A DNA stretch of 63,952 bases from Octopus bimaculoides (lineage: Eukaryota), in NCBI RefSeq assembly GCF_001194135.2, contig NC_069006.1, positions 16,741,512-16,805,463 on the forward strand. The letters are read 5' to 3'. Below are positions 1 through 13,329 of this stretch, one piece after another. Numbering within the stretch: position 1 is the first letter of the stretch; each line of letters opens with the position of its first letter. A program made the position numbers and the translations under genes. The notes below the pieces were generated by a model. That model made no database searches. It saw only the letters and a program-made list of their open reading frames with translations, and was not told the DNA's origin.

Positions 1-1416
1 TATATGATAAACACCCGCTGACTCACGCACAAATTTTTTTTCTACTAAGAGCAGATAGATCTGATATATACTCACACCCCCACATATATACATATACACA
101 CACACACACACATATATATATGATCAGACACATTCTTATCTGTCTCCTGTCCAAGCTTGTTCCACCAGTGTTTGCCACCTCACCTCGTTTAGGCTTAGCA
201 GCACTTCCTGTTTGTTTTCACTGTCCTGTTATTGTTACCAAGACCCTCCGCAAAATCCAAAATTTTATTTAATTTGCTTTGTGGGAGCAACTGTTTTGTC
301 GAAGGCATATCTTGTTGTGAACTGCTCGAAATATGGAGTAGAAAAACAGCTGACAACTATTGAAGGGTTGTTCTTTATGTTGCTTGTCTTGTTTTCCATT
401 TGTTTCTTCCATTGTTCGCTAAAAAATGTTCATATTCTATGTATTTGTATTTCGTAATTCTTGTTGTTTATGTTCTGTGATGTCCTGTGCCCACATATGC
501 ACACACACACACACATAAGTGGTTGGGAACGATCTAATTTGACTCATAGCTATTCAGTACTTTTTGTCTTTAGATTTTTTCTACTCAATAAGGATGTAAA
601 TTCTCTTTGAGGTTGGTGCCTTCTGGGATTTATTCATCCACTTGGAAGAGGCTATTTCACCATAAGGTGATTTAGGCAGGATTCTGAATTCATCTGGCAC
701 AGAGCTAGAAAATATATTGCAAAGTATCCTGTCTAAAGCTCTAACAATTCTGCCAAGCGACCACTCCCAAACTGGTACATTATGAACTCCAAAAATACAA
801 AAGGCAAAGTTTACCTCAGTAGGATTTGAACTCAAGGGTGCAAAAAACTGCAAGGCCTTGAAAACTCAACCCTCTAATGGCTGATACTTTATTTAACAAA
901 CTATTTCTCCCTCAACAACAGGTTTGTGGCATCATGGGTTGACATTCAGGAACATATGGGGCAATTTAACAGTCTCACTTACAGATTGAATCAGTAGAGA
1001 AAGGGTTAAAAAAACTGTCATAGAAATGAAATTATGACTTCTTAAATGCTGGAGTAGAAGAGACAAAGACAAGCTCACATGTAAACACATTCATGCATGA
1101 ATACATACACTTGTGAATACAAATACAAAAAAAACTGAATAGTGATGGATAAAAACAAACACACAAAGACCGACACACACACACACACACACACACACAA
1201 CAGAAATACTTATTTAAAAAACAAAAAGAGATCAATGGTAAAGAAAATAGAATGGAGATGAGAGTCGTTCTAATAAGATCAACAGAGAAAGTAGTAGCAG
1301 CAACAATACTGCAACCATTACAGTTTTTACTTTATTAAAAATGAGCCACTTAAGGGTTATGAGAATGTAAGATATACAATGAGTCAAAATTAGATCATTC
1401 TCATCCACTTATATAA

Positions 1417-1641
1417 CATCATCATCATCATCGTTTAACGTCCGCTTCCATGCTAGCATGGGTTGGACGATTTGACTGAGGACTGGTGAAACCGGATGGC
1501 AACACCAGGCTCCAATCTAATTTGGCAGAGTTTCTACAGCTGGATGCCCTTCCTAACGCCAACCACTCAGAGTGTAGTGGGTGCTTTTACGTGTCAACTG
1601 CACGAAAACGGCCACGCTCGAAATGGTGTCTTTTATGTGCC
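1417..1641 (-). mobile_element. RTE-tailed SINE family copy, truncated by a gap
   Basis: Shares GGCGTTAGGAAGGGCATCCAGCTGTAGAAACTCTGCC...GGACGTTAAACGATGATGAT with copies at about 31840, 36910, 40670, 53675 and 57890. Confidence 0.85.
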
Positions 1642-2333
1642 NNNNNNNNNNNNNNNNNNNNNNNNNNNNNNNNNNNNNNNNNNNNNNNNNNNNNNNNNNN
1701 NNNNNNNNNNNNNNNNNNNNNNNNNNNNNNNNNNNNNNNNNNNNNNNNNNNNNNNNNNNNNNNNNNNNNNNNNNNNNNNNNNNNNNNNNNNNNNNNNNNN
1801 NNNNNNNNNNNNNNNNNNNNNNNNNNNNNNNNNNNNNNNNNNNNNNNNNNNNNNNNNNNNNNNNNNNNNNNNNNNNNNNNNNNNNNNNNNNNNNNNNNNN
1901 NNNNNNNNNNNNNNNNNNNNNNNNNNNNNNNNNNNNNNNNNNNNNNNNNNNNNNNNNNNNNNNNNNNNNNNNNNNNNNNNNNNNNNNNNNNNNNNNNNNN
2001 NNNNNNNNNNNNNNNNNNNNNNNNNNNNNNNNNNNNNNNNNNNNNNNNNNNNNNNNNNNNNNNNNNNNNNNNNNNNNNNNNNNNNNNNNNNNNNNNNNNN
2101 NNNNNNNNNNNNNNNNNNNNNNNNNNNNNNNNNNNNNNNNNNNNNNNNNNNNNNNNNNNNNNNNNNNNNNNNNNNNNNNNNNNNNNNNNNNNNNNNNNNN
2201 NNNNNNNNNNNNNNNNNNNNNNNNNNNNNNNNNNNNNNNNNNNNNNNNNNNNNNNNNNNNNNNNNNNNNNNNNNNNNNNNNNNNNNNNNNNNNNNNNNNN
2301 NNNNNNNNNNNNNNNNNNNNNNNNNNNNNNNNN
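1642..2333. other. Assembly gap (N); other gaps at 22938-23913, 24739-25038, 26280-26465, 39817-40181 and 48876-49418
   Basis: Runs of N in the sequence. Confidence 0.99.
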
Positions 2334-2469
2334 TATATATTTATGATTATAAATGTTTTTTACCGAAAAGGTTTTTTCATACTGAGCTACCCGGCAAAAT
2401 TGTTAATTATTAATTTTATTACTAATTGACGATTCCCTGCCCTGCATATCTATATATATATATATATAT

Positions 2470-2665
2470 AGGAGAATGTACGAAAAAACAACAACAGACG
2501 AGGACAGGTGGTGTAAACAACAAAAGGATGTATTACTATGACGCTCGGGAATACGGAAAGTCTTTAACGTTTCGAGCTACGCTCTTCAACAGAAAGAATA
2601 CAGAGACAAGGAGAAAAACACGGAGAGAAAAAATTGAATAGTGTTCAGTCAACGGTCAATCATAG
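2470..2665 (-). mobile_element. Penelope pseudo-LTR-like short element with a hammerhead-like motif, inserted in (TA)n
   Basis: Flanked by (TA)n on both sides; the minus strand contains tcttt-CTGTTGA-A-GAGC-gta-GCTC-GAAAC-GTT-aaaga. Confidence 0.55.
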
Positions 2666-2699
2666 TAATATATATATATATAATGGATTCTCTTGTGAA

Positions 2700-3000
2700 G
2701 AACAAATGAGGATTCAGTAAAATAAAGTGTTAATCACGTTCTATGGACACGAATGTATCTCTTGAAGCCTGCTGATGCCTTGCAAACCTTTTGGCAAATG
2801 GAACAAGTTGAGGACTCAGTTTGCTTGAGTGCTTGTGGATCATTTATTATGCGTTTTCTTGAGTGAACAGCAAGGCCTGCTTTGCTTCATGCCACAAAAC
2901 CACAATGACGGGTAAGGTGTCCATTTAGAGGAACAGTATTTTGCTAGCGTGCCTTCATGCTTCATGAAGTTGGTCCCGATTAGAGGCTGGTAGGTGTTCC
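2700..3000 (-). mobile_element. 3' end of an RTE/BovB-type LINE ORF with C2H2-like fingers (decayed)
   Basis: Minus-strand translation gives CGFVA*SKAGLAVHSRK and CSICQKVCKASAGFKRYIRVH. Confidence 0.55.
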
Positions 3001-5028
3001 CTCTGCTAACAATATATATTGTATATAAAGGGTGCAGAGTTGCACCAATAACCAGCTGGTGGAGAACCTGCCTGGGGTTAAACTAGTAGTAACATGGAAC
3101 AGCCACTTTGATGTGGTGACTGACTTTACTTTTTATATTCAAAAAATACAACTTAAAAATAACTACTACTTTCAAAAGTAGTAGACATGTTTTCAACTTG
3201 AGCAACCAATTATAGCTAAAAGAGCCAGGGTGCTACACTGACAGATAAACTTTATACCTCCACACCTCCACACAGATGACTCAGACACAAATGTTCAATT
3301 GTAAAAGATCTGTAGAACCCTACCAGGTTGGGTGTTGGAGATAAAGTAGGATAATAGAGTAGAAACAGAGATGATGTGGGAGGGAGGAATCTGTAGGAGA
3401 GAAGGGATGGGGAAGAGTAGAGTTGGTGAGAGAAAGTGAAAGAGAACTAGAGAAGGGTAGTGATGGGAGAGAGTGGAGTGCAGGGAAAAGGGAACAGAGA
3501 AGAGTGGCAGTGAGTGAGAGAGGAGGAGAAAGCGAGAGAAGACTGAAGTGAGAGAGATAGAAAAGGAGTGAAATGTATAGGAGGAGGACAGGGGTGAGAG
3601 AGAATTAAGAGAGAAAGTGATAGAAGACTGAAGTGAGAGGGTTGAGATGAAAGAAAAAGAGCAGGTCTGAAAGTAGATAGATGAGAAGACAGTCCAGTTT
3701 TGTATGATATCTTACTGATTCTGATATCTCACAGTCCTTAACTGTAATAAAAGTAATTTCTAATTTAGTCACAAAGCCTACAGTTTTGAGGAAGAGGGTT
3801 GGTTAGTCAACTACATCAACCTCTTAGTACTTGATTTGCATGTTATTCGGATGAAGGGTAAAGTTGATCTCAGAAGGATTTGAACTCAGAATATGAAGAG
3901 CTAGAATAAACACCAAGGCATTTTGTCTAACACTAACACTTCTGCCAATCCACATCCATAATAAGGTTTCTAGTATAGGCATAAAGCCTGAATTTCATTG
4001 GGGAGAGTGGATGACATTGCACTGACTGGCACTTTATTTAATTGGTCCCAAAAGAGTGAAAAGCAACATTAAATGTGTAGGATTTGCACTCAGATCATAA
4101 AGAGCTGAGACAGATACTGCCAAGCAGCTTTTCAAAATGTTCCAACAATTCCGCCAATCTACTACCTTCATCTATACTATAATGGAGAAAGCTACTTATT
4201 AATTAGGTATGTAAAAATTGCTAAAAGTACTAAAAGAAATTAATTATTAAAGGGTTGACCAACTGGAAATATTTTTATAAATTCATGTTCTAAGAAATTT
4301 GCCATAATTTCGATTTCTCAAGTTTATTGAATTTTTAAAACTCCAATTTCTCACAAATTTAAATATTCATTGCATTTACAGTAAAAAAAAAAAAAGTACA
4401 TATGCCAAAGCAAACAGTAGAATTTGATGCAATCCACTGGCTCACCAACTCTTATCAAACTGTACACTATGCCAGCATGGGAAACAGACTTTAAATGATG
4501 ATGATGATGATAAGGACAAAAAAAAAAAACAACAGTAGGGATTTACATAGAATTGAGTATAGCATATGAAAAGCAACAGTATAAAAGGAATAAAAAATAA
4601 ACAGCCCATCAGTAGGGACAGCCCCTGTAGGCCCAAGCAGGAAATTCCAGATCAGTATCTGTAAATAGGCCCATTCACTTGGGCAATACCTACTTCTCTC
4701 AACCATCTTTCAGTAAATTCACTGGATGGAGGCAGTGCACCCATGTCCACCCTCACCCTCCTCTTCAAGTAGAACTTGAAGTTGATAAGAGCTTGACCAA
4801 AAGTAATTGTTATCTATTTTGCTGTTGCGTCTGTCTAATTAATGTAAAAGGAAATTGAGGTACTGAATGTGGATGGACCACAGAATTCTAGTTTCTTTCA
4901 CATATCTAGGGAGTGGAAGGAGACTGTGTTCTGGAGCAGCTTGTGACAAGTACAGATGAGGGTTTGTTTGATAAATCTAACAGTGTACTTTTGTGCAATG
5001 CCTGTTGTTTCTGTTAACTACAAATACC

Positions 5029-5082
<54 letters not shown>

Positions 5083-6184
5083 TGTGTGTGAGTGAATGAG
5101 TGAGTGAGTGTATAGTTGTATTTTATATGTATTTTATAATGTTATGCAGTGAGAAATATAAGATTAGGACTTCAACCAATCTGAACACAAATCACCAACC
5201 ACCACTACCTCTCACTATTAGCTCTACTGTCCCCACCACCACTACCTATCACCATTCGCTCTACTGTTCCCACCACCACTACCACCACTTCATGATACAG
5301 CCTATATAGTTATATGTAGCAGAACAGATTTGTTAGTGTTCTGGGAAGGTCAAAGTAGTTTAGACATAAAAAGTGTGTGAAGTAAGTTCCTGTGCCAGTT
5401 TCAGTATTGCAGGCAGAGCTCGGGACTTGTGGCAGGGCTGACTACCACAAGAATTATTTTAAAAGGGCTGCCACATGTGGCATGTGCGGATAACTGGCAT
5501 AAATGACATGTAAGGACGGTGGTCACAAATGATATGCAAGGATAGCTGCAACAAATGACATGTAAGGCTAGCAGCCTATCATACTCGACAGCTAAGCTCC
5601 CTGTTGCACCTAACATGTAAAGTTAGCTGCTACATCTAGCAAGTAGGCTTGCTGCTATATTTAGCAAGTCAAATGATTCCATAGCAGAAAAAAAAAAAAA
5701 AAAGAACAAAGCTTTCCCTTTTTAAACTTCGACTCGTTTGATTGGCTGATGGAAAACAGCAAATGGGTGAGAGGAAGAGAGACACATAAAGAGGGAGGGA
5801 AGAAAAAAGTCTTGAGTGTATGGTCTGAACTGTTGTAGAGGATGTATTTTCCTAAGTGGTTATACTAACAAGTTTTGAGATCAAAAACTTGGTGAGCTAG
5901 ACAACAGGGAGCTGAAAGAGGAAGGGATCGACCAGTTTATATAAACAGATTAATAAGATAGTAGTATGTTATCACAACTCTTTTTGGCAATAATGCTGGT
6001 TGTACCATTATGTTTAATAATGAGAGTGTTCAAAATCACTGCCTATTATGGTGTTTCATAAGGAATTGAGTCTTTGATAAAAGTGTTCCGTGAGGTTGTT
6101 ACCATTGTACACTAGCTGCGCTGCTATGGGCTGTGCATTTATGTGTATGTTTACTTGTGTGTGTACGCACACACACACAGCACA

Positions 6185-6540
6185 TTCATATAAGTGAACA
6201 TTAGATTAGTTAAAATGCTGGTGTGTTTACATCCCTGTAACTTAGCGGTTTGGCAAAAGAGACCGATAGAATAAGTACTAGGCTTACAAAGAATGTCCTG
6301 GGGTTGATTTGCTCGACTACAGGCAGTGCTCCAGCATGGCCGCAGTCAAATTCATATAAGTGAACATTAGATTAGTTAAAATGCTGGTGTGTTTACTTAC
6401 ATCCCTGTAACTCAGCGGTTTGGCAAAAGAGACCGATAGAATAAGTACTAGGCTAACAAAGAATGTCCTGGGGTTGATGTGCTCAACTACAGGCGGTGCT
6501 CCAGCATGGCTACAGTCAAATGACAAACAAGTAAAAGAAT
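6185..6540 (+). repeat. 166-bp tandem duplication containing the 3' half of a SINE
   Basis: TTCATATAAGTGAACATTAGATTAG starts at 6185 and 6351, each followed by the SINE part gtgtgtttac...aataagtactaggc...ccagcatggc. Confidence 0.85.
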
Positions 6541-6544
6541 ATCA

Positions 6545-9245
6545 GGAACCACTGCTGAGATGATTAAAATATCCAGCAGTATAGGATACAGCCTAGTCAC
6601 TTGTGTAATTAATTGGGTTAGTCAGGAAGGGGCCATCCCCAATGATTGGTGTAGTAGTATTATAGTTAGCTGCATCAAGGGTAAAGGTGATGCCTTAGAT
6701 AGAAATACTTACAGATGTATCAAACTGCTGGACCAGGTCGTAAAAGTTACTGAGAGAGTTATAGCTCAATTGATTAGGAATAGAATTAAACTAGATAAGA
6801 TGCAGTTTGGTTTTGTACTTGGGAAGAGTACCACAGATACCATCTTCCTAGTGAGACCACCGCAGGAAAAGTATGTGGCCAAGAGTAAACCATTGTACTT
6901 GGTTTTCATCGACCTGGAGAAAGCTTTTGACAAAGTTCAGTGCTCTGTTATCTGGTGGTCTCTAAAGAAGTTAGGAGTAGAGGAGTAGCTTGTTAGAGCT
7001 GTACAAACCACATACAGTGGTGCTGTCAGGAAGTTGAGTCAGCCATGAATACAGTGATGAATTTAGCATACAAGCAGAGGTCCACTAGAGCTCAAATTTC
7101 AGTTCACTCTTATAGTCCTCCAGGCCATAACAGAGGAATTCAAAACTGGATGTCCGTGGGAATTACTATATGCTGATGACCTCACTCTTATTGCAGAATC
7201 TGTAGCAGAATTGGGGAAGAAATTCCAGGTATGAAAGCAAAACCTGGAATCAAAGGGCTTTAAAGTTAACCTATCTAAGACCAAAGTTGCTGTTAACAAG
7301 AAAGTAGATAAGACTGTAAGAAAGGAGTTGGAAGTAATTCCATTCGCTGTGCCAAATGTAAGCTATGGACACATAAGAGATGCAGTGGAATCATAGGTAG
7401 ATTAACAGATAAGGTCATCGTTGTGTGTGGCAGATGTGCAGGAACAATAAGCACTAAGAGCACATGGGACTTAGACTCTCTCAAATGTCCAGGAGGATCT
7501 CTCAAGATGGTAGATAGTTTCTGTTACCTAGGTGATCAAATTAACAATGGGAGTGGATGCTCTGAAAATATTATGTCTAGAATATGAATAAGATAGAGGA
7601 GGTGCAAAGAGCTACTAACTCCATTGGCAACAAAAGACACTCTTTCTCTTTCTCAGAGTGAAATGTAGATTATATGATGCTTGTGTGCGAACAGCTAAAC
7701 TTCATGGTAGTGAAACTTGAGCTCTGAATGCAGATGACATGTAGACAAGAGAGAAATGAAGGCAGTATGCTCCACCGGAAGTGCAGTGTGAATGTGCATG
7801 AACGAGAAAGCGCAAATGTGTTAAGAGAAAATTTGGGAATAAGAAGAATCAAATGCAGCACACAAGAGACGAGACTATGTTGGTTTGGACATGTGAAGCG
7901 TATGAATGAAGACAGCTGTATAAAGAAGTGCTGGTCACTGAAAGTGGATGGCACCTGTGGAAGAGGGAGACCTAGGAAGACATGAAATGAAGTAACGAGG
8001 ACTGACCTCAGGATGTTGGGACTCAGAGAGGAAATGACACTGGACCGAAATGTGGTTCTAGAAAAGACCCACCCACATCAGCAAACCTGAGTTCTAGGAG
8101 CATTGTGACCCACAATAAAACTTTCACACACCCTACCCCAACAAACCAAGCTACACCCCCACCTTCCTTCCCAAAGTTTTTCTCTCCTCTTCCTCACATT
8201 TCTTCTTCTTACACTATGATTGTCTCCCATTCCCCCAAACCAGTCCTTACTACCCTGTTCATTGTATTGTTGCTTCCACCATCCCCCCTCTGCATACCCA
8301 TATTCTCACCAGTCACAGCATTATCCAGCCCCACTCCTCACTACCCTGCTCACTGCATTGCTGCTTCTCTTGTCCCTTCCCCTTCTATATACCCAGATTC
8401 TCTCCAGTCGATGCATTCTCCCACCGCTGACTCCTTGGCGATACCTTGCCAGCATCTGTCACAATTCATCTCCTTCTTCTTTACCATCCCATCTATACTC
8501 TGATCTCTGTTCCTTGCAAGCATACCCTGGTACTTGCTGCCATCCCTCTCCTGCTCTTGCTGTCTCCTACTCTCTCTCTCTCTCTCTCCTTTGCTGTCCC
8601 CTCTGGTGGAGTAATCATTTATCTCCACTACAGCAACAAACCTGTTTCTGCCTTCATCCTTGATCACTCTCTCCTCCTTCTTCTTCCCTTACCCTTACCT
8701 CTAGCTAGATAACCATGTATCCCCTTTACAGCAGCACACCTCTTGTTAACTCACACTTTATCTCTTGGTAACTGCTTTTCCCTTCATTCTTGTTTGCTCT
8801 CGCTCTTTTTCTCTCCCCCCCTCTCTGGCTGGGTAACCATGGACCTCCTCTACAGCAAGACATCTGTTTCTGCCTCTCTTTCAACATCTGACACAAGATC
8901 ACCTCCTCCAATGCCCCATCCTCTCTAAAAGACTCTTTGTCTTGCAAAGTCACTTGGCGACCCTGCCAGTGCAGGTGCCACTTAAAAAGCACCCAGTCCA
9001 CACTGTAGTGGTTGGCATTTGGAAAGGCATCCAGTTGTAAAAACCACACCAAAACTGACCTTGCATGTGCAAGTACCATGTAAAAAGCACTCGGCCAACT
9101 CTACAGAATGGTTGGTGTTAGGAAGAGCATCCAGCTGTAAAAACCATGCCAAAACACACTCAGAAGCATGGTGCAGGTTCCCACTTGGCTAGCTCCTGTC
9201 AAACTGGCCAACCCATGACAGCATGAAAGGAGGGGGTTAAATGAT
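6545..9245 (+). mobile_element. Decayed RTE-clade LINE (RT region plus long CT-rich 3' region and tail)
   Basis: RT motifs IPNDWCSSIIV..KGKGDALDRNTYR.IKLL, QFGF..GKSTTDTIF, FIDLEKAFDKV, LLYADD, RLCWFGHV.RM; stops and frameshifts; ends in ttaaatgatgat. Confidence 0.88.
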
Positions 9246-9664
9246 GATACCGATATATATATATATCATTACTACTCTGCAAAAGTGTCATAAGTCCAAA
9301 ATGTTGCTTTTTCAGTAAATGAAGAAATAGTTCCACCATTCCATTTCTTTTTACATTAACAAGTTTCAGTTTAACTGAGCCCCTCAATGTCGTTTGCCAT
9401 TGACAAGCTCTTTGTAGAGGATGGTCTGTGAAGAATCTTGAAGGGGCCATTTGGATCACATGTCCTAACCACCCGAGGCAATGCTTGAGATGGCAGCTTC
9501 AATGCTTGGCATTTCTAAGTGATTGTATGTATGTGTGAATGAAGTATCACATCTGCTTTTCTGGTTTCTGCTGCTGAAGTGGATATAACCACTCTGAAAT
9601 GCAGGCATCCACGAAAATGATCATAATGAATAACAGTCTCATGAATTCCATTTTCTTTTTCTCA

Positions 9665-9735
<71 letters not shown>

Positions 9736-12307
9736 CATACATATGACGGACTCTCTCATTGAAGATGACACATAAAATCCAACCAAATATACAATCAACA
9801 ACACAGACATTACTATTACTACTATTCATCAATGTTTTCAATTCATTCAGTCTACCTGGTGACTTCTCATGTGAGTCCTTGGGTCACCAAAAGCAATACG
9901 GATATGAGAATGACTTAGTTAACCACATGTGATCTAGTTGAAAAATCACAATATGGACAATGGCGGTTTGTGGGAAGACTGTTGTTCTGTTGGCTTATTT
10001 TCCTATTTTACAGTAACTGCTCTTTAGTTCCAAAATTTCAAAGCTAGAAAAAGCACTCTTTCCTCCAGTCTGCACAGTCTTTCACAAGATTCTCAAAGTT
10101 TTCTTTTAAATCACATAATAGTATATAAACATACACACACACACACTTATATACACATTCATAGTTGTAAAATATATACATGCATATATATATATATGTA
10201 TGTATACCAAAAGGCAATCTTGTCCACCTTAATGGAGAGGGTGGATTAGAACACAGAATACTACGTCATTTACATTGAGAGAGTTTTTCATATGGACTTG
10301 TGTTGCATAAAAGCATTCTTAATTATATTGTTCACACATGAGAACCATCTACTCCAGCTGCCAGAACAGCATTATTACATGATCTTGCTCTGCTATGGGC
10401 TCCTCAGTGACAGATGCCCAGCAGTGACATAACTGCCAAATCTCCTGACATATAGAATATTGTTTTCTATTCCAGGACCAGTGGGCTTATTAAAAAATAA
10501 CTAAGAGGGCAGCAGCAGTATTAACACCAAAAAGTAATCTTGATTTCCAACTTAACATGGAGGTAGGGTAAAACCAATGGATTTGGCAAAACAAGAAACT
10601 GCCAATGGTCTTACAGAACATTTGCTCAAGGTGTCACACAGGGGTACTGAACCCAGAGCCATGTGTTTTGGAAGCAAGCTTCTTACCACACAGCCATGCC
10701 TGAGGCTACATACATATAACACACACACTGATATACACGTACAAAAGTTTAATGATGTGGTTAGTAACAGTGACAATACACTTGAGCAAACTTTCTACAG
10801 ACTCAACCAAAGGGCAAAGGACATACATCACACAGAGTAGACCCAGAATATTGCATATGAGAGAAGGAATAAGGAGAAAAAGGGGGAATGAGAAAGGGAG
10901 GAGTGATAGTGAGAGGAGTGAAAAAAGCCGAGCTAAAAATAGAAAATGAGTGAGAAAAAAACGGAGAAATGAGAGATTAGGGAAGGAGAAAATGGTAAGA
11001 TTGAGAGACAGGGTTGATGGGAAGAGAGGTAAACAAAATAGTCAATAGACTAATTGATATAAGTATTTATCTGTAAAGTCATCTTTAAGCATGTAACTCT
11101 TCTAACCTTGTATTTACTCTTATAGGAATACATCTCAATTTTGACACCATCTGCTCAAAAGAAATGAAAACAGCTGCCAATTTATGCGTGCTTACATGCA
11201 TGCATCTGTACACGTGTGTGTGTGTGTGTATAGACAGATAGATATGTGTGTATGGTTATACACACACACATCAGAAATGATGCTGATATTCTATATATTA
11301 TAAGAGAGTGGTCCGAGTGATATGTGAAGCATATGTATATATCATCATCATCATTTAACGTCCGTTTTCCATGCTAGCATAGGTTGGATGGTTTGACTGG
11401 GGTCTGGCAAGCCAGGAGGCTGCACCAGGCTCCAATCTGATCAGGCAAGACGGAGGAGGAAAATCGCCAACAATTCACATGTGGTTACATTTTGAAATGA
11501 CCAGAAGGGAATGGGCGAAGAAAAAGTTCTTTCTAAGACAGTAGAGTGTAAAAGTGTAAGTATGTGTGTATATGTGTGGGTATGTGCATGCGCGCATGTC
11601 TGTGTGTATGTGTAATAATAGCACGTGTGTGCGTGTGGTTTTGGCTCTTTATATGTGTATGTGTGAGTGGACTATATATATATGTATATATATATATTGC
11701 TATATACTATATATATGTATGTATATATATATTGCTTGCGAAGACCTGTTGAGGCAAGTGAAATCATTGTCGTGGCCAATGACAATACCGCCTGATTGGC
11801 ACCTGTGCCAGTAGTACATAAAAAGCACCATTCAAGTGTGGATGTTGCCAGTGCCACCTGACTGGTCCTGGTACAGCCTTCTGGCTTGCCAGCCCTTAGT
11901 CAAACCGTCCAACCCATGCCAGCATGGAAAGCAAACATTAAATGACGATGATGATGATATATATGTAAGTTGAATTAACTTTTCTCTAGGCTGGGCTAGG
12001 CCAAATTTACTTGTCTCTAGGCTACACTGATAATAACCATTCCCAGTTCTGTACTTCATTTATGAAAGCATTTCCTATAATACATGGGTAATAAAATCCT
12101 ATTTTAAGCTTACAAACAAATAATTCTTTTTTTTTTTAATACAGTGCAGTAAAAAAAAAAAGCAATCTAAATTTACAAATACAATTTGGCGGTGTTTACC
12201 ATACATCACGGACACTTTATTTATGAATGCAGTTTGCAAGAAAACATGTTCTTTTGAGTCCTTGTAGCCTGGAATAGTTTTCTCCTCCTTGGAAATGAAT
12301 GAACAGT

Positions 12308-12915
12308 CTAGCAATTTTTCCAATACAATCCAGTTTCGTCTACATTAAAAATCTGTTCGGGAAGAAACCTGTTTTCTTCAATGATTTTCTTTAATGCATT
12401 ACGAAATTCCATTGCTGCTTGTTCGTCAGCTGATGCGCTTTCACCTTGCTTCTTAATGGAGTAATAACTTCTTCGCTCCTTAAATCTCATGAACCATCCT
12501 TGACTTGCTTTGCACTCTACACCTTTCCCATCTGGATATTTTTCTTCAGGCCCTCAAAGACAACGCTTTCTCTTGAAGGATTTCTTGACTAATAGTACCA
12601 TGCTGACGATTCAACCTAACAATCCAAAGAGAAAGAAGACTTTCCATTTCTTCAAAGATTTTGCTTCTTTTCTTATTGATGACAGTGCTCTTCATCCCTG
12701 GGGCTTCAAATTTGATATGTGATAAACTCTTGTCCTTATTATGTACAATCATCGATACAGTTGTCCAACTCATCCCAAAAGATCATGCAATTGCTACCAC
12801 TTTTTCACCCTTTTCATGGCGTTTTAACATAGCCAGTTTATCTTCCAGTGTTATAGCAATGACATTTAGCACTTTCACTATGAATTTTCTTAGAAGCCAT
12901 GGAGGCAAAAAATAA
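12308..12915 (-). mobile_element. Tigger/pogo transposase remnant (CENP-B HTH and start of DDE)
   Basis: Frameshifted ORFs with EEMESLLSLWI...QEKALSL and GESASAD...PEQIFNVDETGLYWK. Confidence 0.85.
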
Positions 12916-13329
12916 AGTCACAAATGAATGAGAATGAGAAAGTAGCCGATAAACAGACATAAACAAATCTGAATTCAAAACAATCACAGGAATCACAAGT
13001 GACAACAATGCCTAACGGTAGATATTAGAACTACAATGCAATATGAGCTCTGAAAGACTGATTAATAAGACAACACAGCTGATTTCATGATTTCGTTCAC
13101 TTAGCTACACTACGTTATGGTGTGTGTCTTAACATTTACTGTACGCATTTTAATGTGATTTTATATGCTTTTAGTCTTATATATTGTACAGTAACATGAT
13201 TTCTCACAGACAGTGCCCACCTGACCCTATTATACTGTGTAGTCAACAAAATCAAAAACAAACAATGCATATGCGCGAAATTAAAATTATAAAATGGTGA
13301 CAATTTACCCATCGCACCCTGTATATATG

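Noticed and set aside
1486-2429. Long ORFs spanning N runs (also 22602-24003, 39517-40327, 48758-49693)
   Set aside because: They are open only because gaps contain no stop codons; the flanks are SINE or (TA)n sequence.
5490-5570. CRISPR-like repeat-spacer appearance
   Set aside because: Only three 15-bp cores with 11-nt spacers, in a eukaryotic intron with no cas genes.
8105-8928. Overlapping Pro/Ser/Leu-rich ORFs
   Set aside because: CT-rich low-complexity 3' region of the RTE element.
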